A stretch of DNA of 63,604 bases, the filler included, from Lenisia limosa (Eukaryota > Protista > Breviatea), in NCBI GenBank assembly GCA_001655205.1. It is 11 parts of 11 records of this genome, joined end to end, with 100 filler letters (N's around TTAATTAATTAA, not from the genome) between each part and the next. Parts side by side here need not be neighbours in the genome. Positions count along the whole stretch, not along the records: positions 10,476 to 13,444 come from LPNZ01011495.1; positions 13,545 to 39,066 come from LPNZ01008619.1; 9 more parts are not named here. One strand, written 5' to 3'. The notes beneath the pieces are model-generated. The model was not told the DNA's origin and did no database searches. It worked only from the letters and a program-made list of their open reading frames with translations. This document shows positions 10,910 to 24,028 of the stretch, in pieces. Numbering within the stretch: position 1 is the first letter of the stretch; each line of letters begins with the position of its first letter. The position numbers were made by a program, and so were the translations under genes.

Positions 10910-13021
10910 TTATGACGTCCTAGGACTTTCGACGGGAATGTCTTTGGAACAGGAGGTCTCACAGCGCCTCAAGCAGAAAATGGTCATGGAGGAGGTTAGA
11001 GGGAACGGGGGTATATCATATTTGGTATTATCTCAGTAGAACGAGGGTTAACGCGAAATAATTTCCCGCAAAAAATTACACCACAAACCGGTGAATTAAC
11101 AATGATCTTGTGTTTACGCGTGTTAACAGTTTTAGCGCCACCGTTCGCGTGTTAAGACGCTGTGGTGCCGAGTTATCCTGGCGCTAGTGCTGATCGTCGC
11201 GTTCCAANNNNNNNNNNNNNNNNNNNNNNNNNNNNNNNNNNNNNNNNNNNNNNNNNNNNNNNNNNNNNNNNNNNNNNNNNNNNNNNNNTAGTAACAATGA
11301 AGCCGTGTGAGGCGACAGGTAAATTCATATCACACCATAATCCAATCTTTCATAAACGTGATAATGTGGACGGCTTCGGCCAAATACAACCTTATTTATT
11401 TCTCATCCATAGGATAAAATAATCCAGTGAACATTTCCCAGCACCTTTAACTCGAAATTTGCATGACCGTCACAGTCNNNNNNNNNNNNNNNNNNNNNNN
11501 NNNNNNNNNNNNNNNNNNNNNNNNNNNNNNNNNNNNNNNNNNNNNNNNNNNNNNNNNNNNNNNNNNNNNNNNNNNNNNNNNNNNNNNNNNNNNNNNNNNN
11601 NNNNNNNNNNNNNNNNNNNNNNNNNNNNNNNNNNNNNNNNNNNNNNNNNNNNNNNNNNNNNCTTCTTGCCCGCTTCATCAAAGTTTTCAAAGAAATCAGA
11701 CTTTGCTTCCCATAAAAAGCGGTTTCAGTTTGATTTTCGAAAGATATTTCTTCTATTTTCCGTCTGAACTGATATTTTCATACCAAATAAGGCAACTTCA
11801 ATATCTGAACTGACATTTACTTGCTATATAAGGCAACTCTAGCTCATTTATTAACCTCCCAGGCTGCTATGCGAGCTATGCAGAGCCAAGACATCGTCAT
11901 GATCACCCGGAGAATACAGGTGTGGGGTTGACATTAGTTTGATTTCGGGTTTGATTGCTCTGAGGGCTTCACTTCGGTTCGAAAAACCCAGGAAATTATC
12001 GATAGTTTTCGATCGAGAAATTCAGTCTTTTTGAACCGAATTGAAGCCCTAGTTGCTCTGTTCAATTCCATTTTCCCTCTGTATGTGGTTTCACATCATA
12101 GATTGTCCATTTCACCTACCCCCTTAGATTCTTGCCAAGCTGCCTGACACTTTCACGGACGAGCAACTGGAGGCGGAACGACTTAAAGCGATCTCTGATC
12201 TCGAAACGATCCAGGCCACTCACCGCGACCTCTATCTCCGAAGTGAAACGGCCGATTATGGCCCCATTGCCGACCTCTATAGAGATGAGGTCCTCCAGAT
12301 GCAGAAACTGATCGAGTGGGAGTGGGGTAAATTGGGAAATTTATGTAACAGGGAGGGGGCATAGTGGAAATTGTGTGACAAAATCAACTTTACTTTCAAG
12401 ACATTGAGTAGCACGAAGATGCATAATATATACCATATGTGTGTGTGATGCAGAAAGTTGTGTNNNNNNNNNNNNNNNNNNNNNNNNNNNNNNNNNNNNN
12501 NNNNNNNNNNNNNNNNNNNNNNNNNNNNNNNNNNNNNNNNNNNNNNNNNNNNNNNNNNNNNNNNNNNNNNNNNNNNNNNNNNNNNNNNNNNNNNNNNNNN
12601 TATCTTTAGGCGGTCAGTGTATGAGGCAGCTTTATTCTGTCTTTAATGTATACTATAACTATATGTTGTAATGTATATATTAGAAGGGGTGGGGGGAGCC
12701 AAAAAAAGTTGACGATGACCCTAGGTGTATTCTTTATTTTCCATGCTTCAAAATAATAATCAACTATCATAACAACATAACTAACATAACCTTGGCAACC
12801 AACTACCAACTGACATATATATAGCAATGAGAAATAAAATATAAGGTTGTATCTGGCCGAATAGCCGTTCACATTACAACTCTGTGCACACAGCTTTCTA
12901 CGTCCCTCCCCAGCATTCATCATAGCAACCATCTTACGAAACAGGGATGAAAACGGCAACTATCATGTATTCGTCCAGAACATGACTCTTTGGGACGGGC
13001 TCAATACCGTCATTGCCCAAG
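10910..13021 (+). CDS. Hypothetical helical protein, internal exons only
   Basis: Phase-consistent exons 10910-10994, 11863-11919, 12128-12315, 12945-13021: YDVLGLSTGMSLEQEVSQRLKQKMVMEE|AAMRAMQSQDIVMITRRIQ|ILAKLPDTFTDEQLEAERL...|EDENGNYHVFVQNMTLWDG; no recognised domain. Confidence 0.6.
11964..12049. mobile_element. MITE family A copy (TIR GGGCTTCACTTCGGT(T/C)CGAAAA, about 90-95 bp)
   Basis: GGGCTTCACTTCGGTTCGAAAA...TTTTTGAACCGAATTGAAGCCC followed by TA; intronic. About 20 full or partial copies in the window. Confidence 0.85.
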
Positions 13022-13028
13022 GTGAGAG

Positions 13029-13124
13029 GGGCTTCCCTACGGTCCGAAAAAGACCTGTAAAATATTGATATTTACTGAGGATTTATCGAGAAAATCAGAA
13101 TATTTTGAGACCGTATGGAAGTCC
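13029..13124. mobile_element. MITE family A, GGGCTTCCC variant
   Basis: GGGCTTCCCTACGGTCCGAAAAAGAC...GACCGTATGGAAGTCC+TA; similar variants at 48191-48284 and 52910-52995; an internally expanded copy follows at 13164-13298. Confidence 0.75.
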
Positions 13125-13544
13125 TAAATATTGCTCTGGGTGAGGGAGTGGGATGTGATGTTTGGCTTCACTTCGGTCCGAAAAGATCAGGAAAAGACTG
13201 TGAAAAAGATCTGAAAATATCATGAAAAGATCAGGGAAGTATCGGGGAAAGATCGAAGATTTATCAAAACGTTCAGTTACTTTCTGGACCGAAGTGAATT
13301 ATAACAGGGTGGCTGGTTTTATTATCAGGGGAGACTGTATTTTTAGGGAGTGGGTAAAGGAAAAATATATGAAACAAAAAGCCCGAAGACATTTTGACAG
13401 AAACACCACATCCCTTTTTGGGGTTTTTGGCCAAAAAATCACAANNNNNNNNNNNNNNNNNNNNNNNNNNNNNNNNNNNNNNNNNNNNTTAATTAATTAA
13501 NNNNNNNNNNNNNNNNNNNNNNNNNNNNNNNNNNNNNNNNNNNN

Positions 13545-16500
13545 CTACATCCTGCCGCCCAATACGCTGTGGAGTCAAACCATCCCCCAGGTATGAGAAT
13601 ATAACATTACATTTGGCAAGTAAAAAAGGGCATGTTTGACGACTTTGACAGGCCTCTATTCATTATTGACCCATACAGCAAGACCTTCGTAAAGATGATG
13701 AGAACTCGCGTGACACTTGCAGCATCGAAATCAAAGTAAGCCCATCATTACATGGCTTTAGATGACATCCCATCATTACATGGCTTTAGATTGAAGACGA
13801 AAGTCCCTTTTGGCCCGATACCACTCTTATTGAGGAAAATGTGGANNNNNNNNNNNNNNNNNNNNNNNNNNNNNNNNNNNNNNNNNNNNNNNNNNNNNNN
13901 NNNNNNNNNNNNNNNNNNNNNNNNNNNNNNNNNNNNNNNNNNNNNNNNNNNNNNNNNNNNNNNNNNNNNNNNNNNNNNNNNNNNNNNNNNNNNNNNNNNA
14001 AATTTTCCAATATTACTCCTCCCCCCCAGAACGGAGACGGCGCGCTGCATGTTTTGACCGGTCCAATGGGCATAGAAGTGGGCGTTATGGTGCGGGTGGT
14101 GCCCGTGCGTACGGCCTGGGTGGAAACTGAGAACGACATCGTCTCTGATGGTTGGTGCTCTTAAACGTGTCTTTTCCCAGTTTTACTGTCTCCTTATTTT
14201 GCCATTTTTACTGTGTCCTTGTTTTTCCAGTTTTGACAGTTGCAGTGTTCGCTTGGGTCGCAAGTCGCTATGCAAAGCACCTACAAACACCTTCACAATG
14301 GGCTTTGAAGCAGGACAAAGGTGGGGCCAACTTCACTCTTCGATTTACTACACCTCCGCACTATATCTTTGACATATTTGTCACATTCAAACCCAGTAAC
14401 ACCCCCTGTTGACACCTCAGAATCGCCAGTACCGTCCCTCTCAATTGTGACTGACGCTTTGGGCTCGATAGTTGAAGAGGCGTCTTCAGTGGGGGGTAGC
14501 TTTGGGCATTTGTCATTTATAACCCCTTGATATTTGTTGTCGTTTGAATCCCTTTCTCGATATTTGCAATAACGCAGCAGAAAGCCGAGGAAGTCATTGA
14601 AACCGCCACTAAGCCCGCCAACCCCCCTCCTGCACCATTCGCCCCAGTTGTAGGCTCACGTTCTTGAGGATTAGTCTCTTTGGGATTGTAAGGAGCTTGA
14701 CCGTCACATTCCCTGTTCCTGTATCTATAACGGGGCGACTTTACAGTTCCATTGATGTTCCAGTCAGTTCCCCAGCCAACTCCGTCAGTGGAGAGCCCTT
14801 CAGCCAAGGCCACTGATCCATGTGGGTATTGATATGCTCATGCGAGACGGATAAACACGCAATATCTGCCCATAGTTGGTCGATTATACTGACTATGACT
14901 ACATAGGCCACGGAATTGCGTCCACGCCTTCCCTCCAAGGCTCCCCTGATGCTGCAGCCTCCCCTGCGTTCCTTGATGACTGCGACGCTCAGGTCGGAAT
15001 TCGAGGGACGTTTCCTTTGCATGCATAGTAGTAAATGCGTTAAGGTTGAAGTGAAGAGTGTAAGATAAACTATTGGTCAAAGTATTTTGGCATACCTCGG
15101 TCTTCTCGCCTTCTCTTATATTCTGGCATGCCTCGGTCTTCTCGCCTCCTCTTATACCAACGTCACCAACGTCACCCCCCAGAAAATGATTGACGATCTG
15201 ATGTCCGGTGTCTCCATTGTTCCGCCTAATCGTAAGGGGGCTCAACTAGTTAATATGCTTATAAACATATATACATACATTTATACTATGTATACGTATA
15301 CTGCATTAGACATTAAAAAAAAAAAGCTTGTATCTGGCTGAAGCCGTCCACACCATCATACTTATCTCTCTTGATATTGGATTATAGGATACTATTAATT
15401 CACCCAATCACTTGCCTTACAACTCTGTGCACACAGCTTTCTGAGTGCCTCCCCAGAATTCATATACATGTATACCTGGGGTCGACTCTCATTCCCTTCT
15501 CCAATATTCTCCATCGAAGTTTCCCTCTTGTCATCCCAGAAGTTGATTTGGGATTTTTTTGTTTCATAGATTACCCAATTTTACTCTTCCAGAAGTTTTT
15601 TTTTTTGTGTTTGGAGTTTCAGATTATTAGACGCCAATATTCTTCATCGAAATTTCCTTCGTTTTACTCCGCCAGAAGTTTCTTCGCCCCCTGTCGGGCT
15701 GTCCTCTCCCACACACAGCCCCCTTGTCTCCGTCATCCACAGCACTGATGGGTCTTTCATTCCCCGCACTCTCGCCAACCTTCCTGTGGCTGCCCAGGTA
15801 TGCTGGGCCTGAATAGCCCTTATGCTTGGACTTATGATTAGGACTGTGCATCTGAGTCAGGTCAGTAACCACCCCCCAGCAAGCAGCCCAAGCCTTGCCG
15901 GCGTTTATGACGGTGGCGGAGGAGATTGTTGACACAGCGTGTTCTGGCATTCTTGGCTCGGATATCAAGCAGAAACGGTTAGTTCTTACTCTCCGATATC
16001 AACTGACTACCCCCCATGTAATAATATTCCCTCACCCCCTGAAGATACGGTAACATCGAGTGGGTACTGGAGGCCGCGGCCCCTCCTCCACCGGCTGATG
16101 TCGTGCAAACCGTTTGAGGGGGCTCTATGGCGCAAATAAGAACTACTGTAGACCTCTGTTGACTGCTTATGGAATTATTTTCATTTCAACCTTCCTTTTA
16201 TGGTAACTTTGTACTTTTCAACCTTGCTTTTATGGTAACTATGTAGTGGGAAGATGCCGTCCGTGAATGGGAAGAGGACCGAATTGATGAGGAGCAAAAT
16301 GCCATGGAAGCAGGGGATGACTTCCAGGTGGGGGGTGGTCCTTTTATCCACATATAGGAACCAAAAAGGACATTCTGATTGCAACTTACCATATAAGGAA
16401 ATGACAGAAGAGGAAGAAATCCACGCCCAAGCCCGGCTCATGCCAGCGTACAACGTAACGTGGCGTCCGCGCCAGTTTTTAGACGCGGACGTGGAAGATG

Positions 16501-16550
16501 GTGTGGACCTCGCAGTGTCGGTGCATGCCGTTTCTGCCTCCGTGGGGTAA
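13545..16550 (+). CDS. Hypothetical multi-exon protein (Pro/Ser-rich middle), 5' truncated
   Basis: Exons 13545-13589, 13679-13735, 13790-~13845, 14030-14150, 14240-14320, 14421-14488, 14581-14649, 14776-14821, 14907-14992, 15183-15231, 15676-15797, 15880-15977, 16045-16111, 16247-16327, 16398-16550 chain in phase with GT-AG (one junction lies in an N gap); no recognised domain. Confidence 0.7.
15330..15455. repeat. Dispersed repeat family C
   Basis: Core ATATCTCTTATAAGCGTGAT(GGT)GTGGACGGCTTCGGCCAGATAC plus module CACCCAATCA(C/T)TTGCCTTACAACTCT(G/A)TGCACACA. Copies in either orientation at ~10476-10535, 11345-11410, 12823-12915, 15330-15455, 36055-36220, 45392-45413, 48905-49030, 54110-54160. 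Confidence 0.8.
15538..15590 (-). mobile_element. Family B1 dispersed repeat (SINE-like); its head abuts a former splice acceptor
   Basis: AGTTGATTTGGGATTTTTTTGTTTCATAGATTACCCAATTTTACTCTTCC|AG is the reverse complement of the B1 consensus GGGGGAGTAAAATTGGAAAATTTATGAAACAAAAAAGCCCAAAATCAACTCTG. Confidence 0.75.
15599..15671 (-). mobile_element. Family B2 insertion with A-rich tail and 10-bp target-site duplication
   Basis: Direct repeat CCAGAAGTTT at 15589-15598 and 15672-15681 flanks T-run...GGAGTTTCAGATTATTAGACGCCAATATTCTTCATCGAAATTTCCTTCGTTTTACTCCG; homologous to 23305-23370, 50097-50220 and 53385-53420. Confidence 0.75.
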
Positions 16551-17854
16551 TGGGCTATATCCTAGATAATCTGCTTTTGGTTTTCTTCGCTTCGGACCGT
16601 TGGGAAGCAATGGAGTAATATGAGTCATGAGAATAACGTCTCAGGTTCATGAATGCGTGGATCCTTGGTCACTGACAGGCGACATCTACCTGGAGGCTGG
16701 GGACNNNNNNNNNNNNNNNNNNNNNNNNNNNNNNNNNNNNNNNNNNNNNNNNNNNNNNNNNNNNNNNNNNNNNNNNNNNNNNNNNNNNNNNNNNNNNNNN
16801 NNNNNNNNNNNNNNNNNNNNNNNNNNNNNNNNNNNNNNNNNNNNNNNNNNNNNNNNNNNNNNNNNNNNNNNNNNNNNNNNNNNNNNNNNNNNNNNNNNNN
16901 NNNNNNNNNNNNNNNNNNNNNNNNNNNNNNNNNNNNNNNNNNNNTATTCCCTTCCCTGCCGGTCATGCTCCTTGCCACTACGAAGTCGCAAATGGGCGGA
17001 CACTGCTCGTTCACTCTCAAGGTCCGTATTGTCGCCATATTATCCTTCCTATTCACTGAGTCATTCCATCTACTCCTCGGGTTTCAGAGTGAATTAGAGG
17101 AAGCGTTTATTTCCTCCAGTTTCCATCCCCTTCTTACGCCCCAGTTGAACGAGGATGATGTGGTGGTAGACGATACTTTGGCAGAAGCCGAGGTAGGGTG
17201 TTGGGAAGCTGTATTGCACGGTCCTGTATTGGGGGATATTGGCTCATCAAGTCCGAAAGGCCGTTCACTCCGCAGGTTGAGATACCCAGCCATCCTTGCC
17301 ACCGCATAGTGGACATTGTGAGTAGCGGGTCTTCCTGTCGCGCCAGGTTCCTCGTGTCGGTTCTGCCTCTTACTGGTGAGAGGGGATCCTGGATTTTAGA
17401 CATCTGCCAATACTGGATCGGATTCTTGACAGCTTAGATTGGCTGGCTCAAGCGAAGAAGTCGTGCATCAATACGCGAACAGCCTTCCCAGCGTAGCTCG
17501 TTTTTGATATCTGTTTTTTCTCTGTTTCTGATGTGTTTTATGTAGTCTAGTTTGGCTGTAACTGAGACCCACCTGTGAGGGTCTTCGTAAGTAGACCCCA
17601 TAATTCATAGTTCATTGACACTCTCAAAAGGAGACTCCCTTCATCGACACCCAACCCCAATTGACATATGAGCACCACACCCAGCTCGAGGCGTCGTTTA
17701 ATAGTTGTAGAGTTCCCCTTACATGTTCTGTACATGAGCATCATTAATAGGTGTAATACTGGCTAAAGCGTCAAAGAAATATATCTTATGAAAAACAAAC
17801 AATAAACAGACAGAAAACTAAACTAGCCTAACACCGTACTGAAAAAATACCTAG

Positions 17855-20800
17855 CTACAAAGAGGGAAGTCGATTCCCTGAGGGGGGCTGTTTCTTGCCC
17901 CTACCAATATGGCCTGAATTCCTCCGCGGACGCGTCATGGGTAAACTATCAAGCCTTGGCGGGCCTTTGCCCAAATTAGGCAAGTGGCTGGGGTTTTCAT
18001 TTGGCCCAGGCAGAAGGACACTACCCGATCCTTGTCTCGCGCCGTCAGCGGTGGGAGGCAGAATGCCGTGCCGCCTTGGCTCGGGGTGAACTGCCGGCAT
18101 GGGGGGCGCGTACTGCGTGGTATCCGGGTGGTGCAGGGGGACAAGATGCTGCTTACTCCCAGGCCGTGAATGTAATTGGGCGGGCTGGGCCCTCTAGGGA
18201 GTAAAATTGGAAAATGTATGCGGTGAATTGGAGTAAAACTCTCAGAGTGAAGAAACTAGTTTTATCACTTTGCCACAAAGGAAAGCATCGTGGGGGGTAA
18301 CTAATTTGAATTATCTTGGTAAAAAAGATAAATAGAGATGATCCTATGGAAACAAGAGTTTACAAACCTGCTGGGGAGGGGTCATGCCAAATGAGGAAAT
18401 GGCGACGCCAACGTCTTCGTCAGAATCGGATAAAGTAATAGGAGCAAGTCGGCCGACAGGGGACTGTTTTGGTTAATAATTATGCCCAAATATAAGTAAA
18501 ATAGTACCAAACCATTCGTCCTGAAACCCCTTGAAAATAGCCCCATCATATGATATGAATCAATGAGGCTCACCCGTGAGTCTCTCAGGTACGCGGGAGA
18601 GAGGGGGGGCGAGATGGTGGACAGTTCAGTCGTCAGCGGAGCCACTGACGCAGGGGTGGATATGGAGGACGGTGCTGCAGCTAAAGCGGCTAACGGGCCG
18701 GGCTGGAAGAGGGGTGTGAAAAGCTGAATTCAGCTGCCTGGGCATTGGGAGTATCAATACCACTGAGTATGATCAGAGAGTTCTAACATATGAAATTACT
18801 AGGGCTTCACTTCCGTTCGAAAAAGGACTGAAGTGCACCTCACCCACCGAAGAAGGCGGGCTGAAGCTAGCAGCCGGCCGCATAGGCAGTACTTGTTGTG
18901 ACGCTTCCGTTACCTCAAATCGAAGGGCGGTGGAATTGCTGTACGTTCTAATGAATCAATCCAGGAGACTATTTAAGTTCTAAACTGATCCGAAAGAGAA
19001 GAGAACTACAATTGGTGTTTCGGTACTGCTTATCCGAAGGGGGGAAGAAGTAAAGAAGGGGCAGGTGCATAAGTGTCTCCACCCCTATACTCCGGTCCGG
19101 TGTCTCCANNNNNNNNNNNNNNNNNNNNNNNNNNNNNNNNNNNNNNNNNNNNNNNNNNNNNNNNNNNNNNNNNNNNNNNNNNNNNNNNNNNNNNNNNNNN
19201 NNNNNNNNNNNNNNNNNNNNNNNNNNNNNNNNNNNNNNNNNNNNNNNNNNNNNNNNNNNNNNNNNAGCCGGCGACACCTGAATGATGAACATTTGCTGCA
19301 GTTTGCATGAGAATCGCTATCAAATCATACTATCGATCTGGAACAAATTCCCAATAAGCAACTATTGCATCAATTCCTCCACCTGCACCAACCGAAGTGT
19401 TTTGCTGTTCTGGTGGGAAGCTTCTCACTAGGCTTGGCGATTGGAAGTCGGCGATCTCACTGTCCTCGAAGTCATCGTCTACCTCGGCCAGGGCTCGGAG
19501 CAGGTCGTCTCGGTTGCCCTCAATGCCCAATCTAATGGTTGATTAACACAGAAATGCCCAAACTAATGGTCATTTAAAAGAAATGTCTAATGTTGAAAAA
19601 ACGCAAAAACCGTGAAAATGGACAAGATCAGCTGTATACTTTCTCACCGAGCGGCCTCCTTCACCAGCTGAGTGCCTGCGGTCATGGGTCGACATTCATC
19701 CGGCCGCGCGGATCCAGAGCTTGAACCTGGGGGGAGTAAAATTGGAAAAATTATGAAACAAAAAANNNNNNNNNNNNNNNNNNNNNNNNNNNNNNNNNNN
19801 NNNNNNNNNNNNNNNNNNNNNNNNNNNNNNNNNNNNNNNNNNNNNNNTTTGAAATGAAAAAACGACAGACTTATGCCAATTCCTACTTGCAAGGGAGATT
19901 GAGCCGGACTTGTTCTTGTCCATGACTCTTCTCATAGCTGGTGATGCGTCTTGCGGCTCTGCTGGCTCAAAGGTCAAGACATCGGCTCCGTTTGCTTCGG
20001 TTGGCTCCGCATTGGGCAGCTCGTGATGCTGAATGTGATCTTTATGATCTTGGCTTTGTTGTTCATTCGGCTTGTTACTTTGATCCTGGTGATTAATGGG
20101 CTCATTACTGGCAACACTTAGGTCGTCATTAGGGCTGAAGAACTGATACTCTGCAGCATGGTCGTACGGTGACTGCGCGACCGGGGTTTGGAAGGACGAG
20201 AACATGACTTCCTTGTCCTGACCATAGGGACTCACACCAGTTGATTCGCTGTCTACTCGAGACTGTGCGGATACTCCTGACGTCATGCTTGGTGCCTGCA
20301 GGGTTCTCTATCACGTCAATCTGGGTGCCAATCCGTCAGCCCCCATGTCTATGAAATACACATTGGGTAGTATTTTACAGGTTGAAGTCGCCCAAAGAAG
20401 ACATCTTGATACCCCCATTTCTCACATGATCATAAGAGTCATCAAGCCAGTCCTTGACAGCTGCTATTGGTTCATGCTGTGTCCTGGGCAAGTTCTCCGG
20501 GGACATAATGGTGGACACGCGCACCGGGACTGCAATTGGAATAATAATTAAGGCTCTATGCAATGAACTAAACATTAATTTCAAAATTTGAAGTGACATA
20601 TTGTCACAAGAACCCTATTCCAGACACTTTAATTTCAAATTTTGTCAACTACTTCTCTTAAAAAAATGAATTGCAAGGAGCCCTAGGTATTAATGAGGAG
20701 TATCAGTATGATGAAGGATAGGTCTAAAAGGTGCCACAAGCAAGGAAGTGGAAATGAGATCAGTTCATAGATGAAGAAATATGAAGCATGATTCAGTGGA

Positions 20801-23500
20801 GGAAATATTCATACCTGGGGGGTTGAAGTTGAGATCCTCGCCCTCAGGCTGGTTGCTGCTTGGTGTTGACGATCTGTTGATCAGAAATAGTTCAAAGAAG
20901 GTGAAGAATAAATTACCCGAGAACACTTTAATAGCATTTATTAAGAAGTAATTGAGAAACAGGGGTTATGAGCTCACGTATGTGCTTTGAACGGGGTGAT
21001 GTAGAAGTCTGCTTGAAGTGTAGCAGCAGTATCTGTCTGGAGGCTCTTCTGGAGTGGTTAGCAAGCTAAAACTAGATAGATAATCAATCCTCGTGAATAT
21101 GCTTGTTTCAAAGTTCAATACAAAGGCCGCACCCGAATATTAAGAGGAGACACGTTAGGCGGCATCAGCGGTCTGGACTGCGTCTACACCGCGAGTTAAT
21201 AACCAGAAGGCAAGTCAATAACACAGGAAAACTCTTTTCAATGGTTCAAATTGAATCGCCGAAATTTAACCCAGATAATCGAAACAAGGAGGAAACAAAT
21301 CCGCCCACCAAGGGAGCAAAAGCTTCGGCATCGTCACACACACTGCTGTTCGTCTTTTTCTCGACAGCAAAGCTGAAGTTGGCCAATTCGTCTTCACCCT
21401 CATCACTGCAAATCATGAAATGCGCTAGAAAGGCGTCTACTATTATAACTCCAGGTATTGATGCTAGTATTATTAATTCACCAAACTATTTGTTACAATA
21501 GCACAAAGCTTTCCTGCTTCCCAAACAATGAAATATATTAACCCTTCAGATCACTCAGTTCTCGTAACTTTTCATGGCATGTATGTCCGTGCCATGCCAT
21601 CGAACGCCCACCTGCTTGGAACGCCAGAAACTTGAACAATGCTGTCGGTATTAGAAACGTGCTCAGAGTGTCCGGCTTCTGACAAAACGGATCTAGGATC
21701 TACACTGTAAGGCTTCCGACAGAATGGATCTACAAGAAAATATCGATATCTATCAAAATCGCGACTCACCTCCTTCGGAAACTTTAGAAGACAATTGTCC
21801 GGAAGAGTTCTACAGGGTAAAACGATGGTCTTCTTTGGAAGCTATACTTAACATAGCATTGCTGCCATATCAGTCCAACAATATCCCTGGCACCAATATC
21901 CCTGGCACAGCGATGGCAACTTACCGGTACTTGCGATCCAGGACTGAGTGGAGGGAGGTTCTGAGATGCTTTGGACGCTCCAGGCTGATAAAGCGGTGTC
22001 AGCAGGTTCGGAGAGGAAGATGCAGGTGGCGACTCCTGTGGCTCAGCTCTAGGGGGGGAGTAAAATTGGGATACTTATCAACAAAATCAACTTTGGGGGA
22101 GAGGGGGGCTAAGTCCACAACATAGATACAGGACTCAAAGAGATATAAACCCCCCACTTTCTGACGCTGATGGGTCTTGAGGATACGTGGCTTTCGGACT
22201 CCATGAGAGCGTTCTGGTCACGTGCCGATGGGATGAAGGCTTCGTGCGATCCAGATGCTCTTCGTGTTGGCTAGGTTGGGAATAAATGAGATGTCATTCG
22301 GTATAATATATAATAATAAATAAAAAACAAAAAAAAAACGGGTGATTCAATGAGGAACTCGAGAGATGCGACGTGATAATTGTCATTGATAGAGTAACTC
22401 AAGCAAGAGGCCCGGGTACCATTTGGATATCAGTATTCGACTTTGACGAGTTTCTTGAAGAAATTTTCAAACACTGGAGAGGCGTTAAAGGTAACACGAC
22501 AAATATTGCCAAAATACAGAACAGCAATGTTCCACTTACGTCTTCCTGGTTTGCAATGGCAGCAACATGGGCTAGTTTCTCAAGAATGTACGCCTTAGTG
22601 TCCGGGTTCTCGGTGGCGTAATACGCACGGTAGTAATCCATATAAGCTGCCCGTGCCGCGGACTGATCCATTTTAGACTCAGAATCCGAACCCTAAAGTC
22701 GTTCATGTCAACAATATTGCAAATGTCACCATTTGTGTGAGAAAAAAAATCCAAAAGTGCTATCTCCGCAAACCTGCGACTTTGCATCATTGTTCTTTTC
22801 CTTATTGAAGGAATCCTGGGAGCCAATAGACGAAAAGCGCGAAAGTGAACCGTTGGAACGACTCATGAGGGAGCCTGGGTGTGTCAAGGGGTCACTGGAA
22901 GTGATGTTTACACACTCCATCATATAAGGTCATTACTGCATAAAACACATTTATCGTGAGAGCATGTGAGAAAGTATATAACACTGGATGCGCGAAGTAA
23001 CATATCATTTTTGGCAGTATTGAGTGCCTTATCTCTCTATCAGTCCACAAACTCTGAGAATCAGTGCGCATTTTGATGCCGGGTGGCAATGCTGGTTCGC
23101 CCTCTTCAAGTCCGTCTTCAATAGGCGCTGCCAAAGTCAAAACTGACCAACGTCCAAACAGAAAACAGTGTAAAAAACAGCAAGAATAAATGGGGAGCTG
23201 ATGCGGCGTACCGAGGCTTCCGAGGCTGCCCTGGCTCAGACGGCTGCGGTGTGACCCACGACGTGAGAGCGTTTGGGGCGGCTGTAGGCGTAATATGCGA
23301 AATTAGGGGGTAAAACGAAGGAATTTCGATGAAAAATATTAGCGCAAAGGTACAAATCACAAACTGAATAATTGGGGGAGAGGGGATAGAAAGGGAAAAT
23401 GTACGCGAAAAACAAAGCAAGACCTCACGAAGGTTGAACAACCCCCCACTGCTGAAGGCTGGTTTGAAGGAGACGCCTGGTTTCCTTGAGTGCCTAGTAA
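17855..23500 (-). CDS. Run of low-complexity Ser/Pro/Gln-rich exons; one or more hypothetical proteins, possibly the long C-terminal tail of the cyclase gene
   Basis: Open exon-like blocks with GT/AG ends at ~23430-23545, 22892-23140, 22726-22923, 22575-22671, 22155-22270, 21924-22048, 21572-21769, 21310-21425, 20375-20540, 19890-20286, 19648-19726, 19330-19530, 18580-18720 and terminal 17855-18193 (TAG). Several junctions are in phase; the full chain was not verified. Confidence 0.45.
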
Positions 23501-23838
23501 CCCTGCGTTCGCCCCTGAATCGTAAAGTCCACCCAGGTTAGAAACCTAAGTCAGGAAGAAGTGGGATGGGAAACGGAAAGCTAGATGGTTGCATTGTTAA
23601 TTGGTATTTTCATAAAGTATGATCTGTATAAATACCACACTTCTGATATCCATATAATGCAGCTGTTCGTGTCCATATGAGGTAATTATGTTTACCAGTT
23701 ACCGTAGGCAAAAGGCCCTGCTTACCCAGACTCATTTCGGGCATGCTTCCTTCTGAGGGGTCTGATTCCTAATGGTTTAAGGGGCTGAGGGTTTCAATCA
23801 ATCAACATGTCACTAATTCTGTCGAATAAATACACCTA

Positions 23839-23932
23839 GGGCTTCACTTCGATCGAAAAAAGACTGAACCCCTCGATAAATCCTCTAAAACTATCGATAC
23901 TTTACCGGTCTTTTTCGTATCGAAGTGAAGCC
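23839..23932. mobile_element. MITE family A copy with TA flanks
   Basis: TA|GGGCTTCACTTCGATCGAAAAAAGAC...GGTCTTTTTCGTATCGAAGTGAAGCC|TA. Confidence 0.85.
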
Positions 23933-24028
23933 TAAATATACATCATTTCAAAGTATAGAACTTCGTCCCTAATATGATAGTAAGTCCAAACTTTTAGAGA
24001 AGAGAATATTCTCAAACCTTGGTTATAC

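Noticed and set aside
11041-11051. piggyBac-like right end (GAGGG+TTAA)
   Set aside because: No matching TTAA+CCCT left end is visible in the contig; a 9-mer match is not significant.
14400-15245. Minus-strand ORFs resembling a TM or PA-domain protein with a frameshift and an in-frame TGA
   Set aside because: A fully phase-consistent GT-AG exon chain exists on the plus strand over the same interval; the minus ORFs are antisense shadows.
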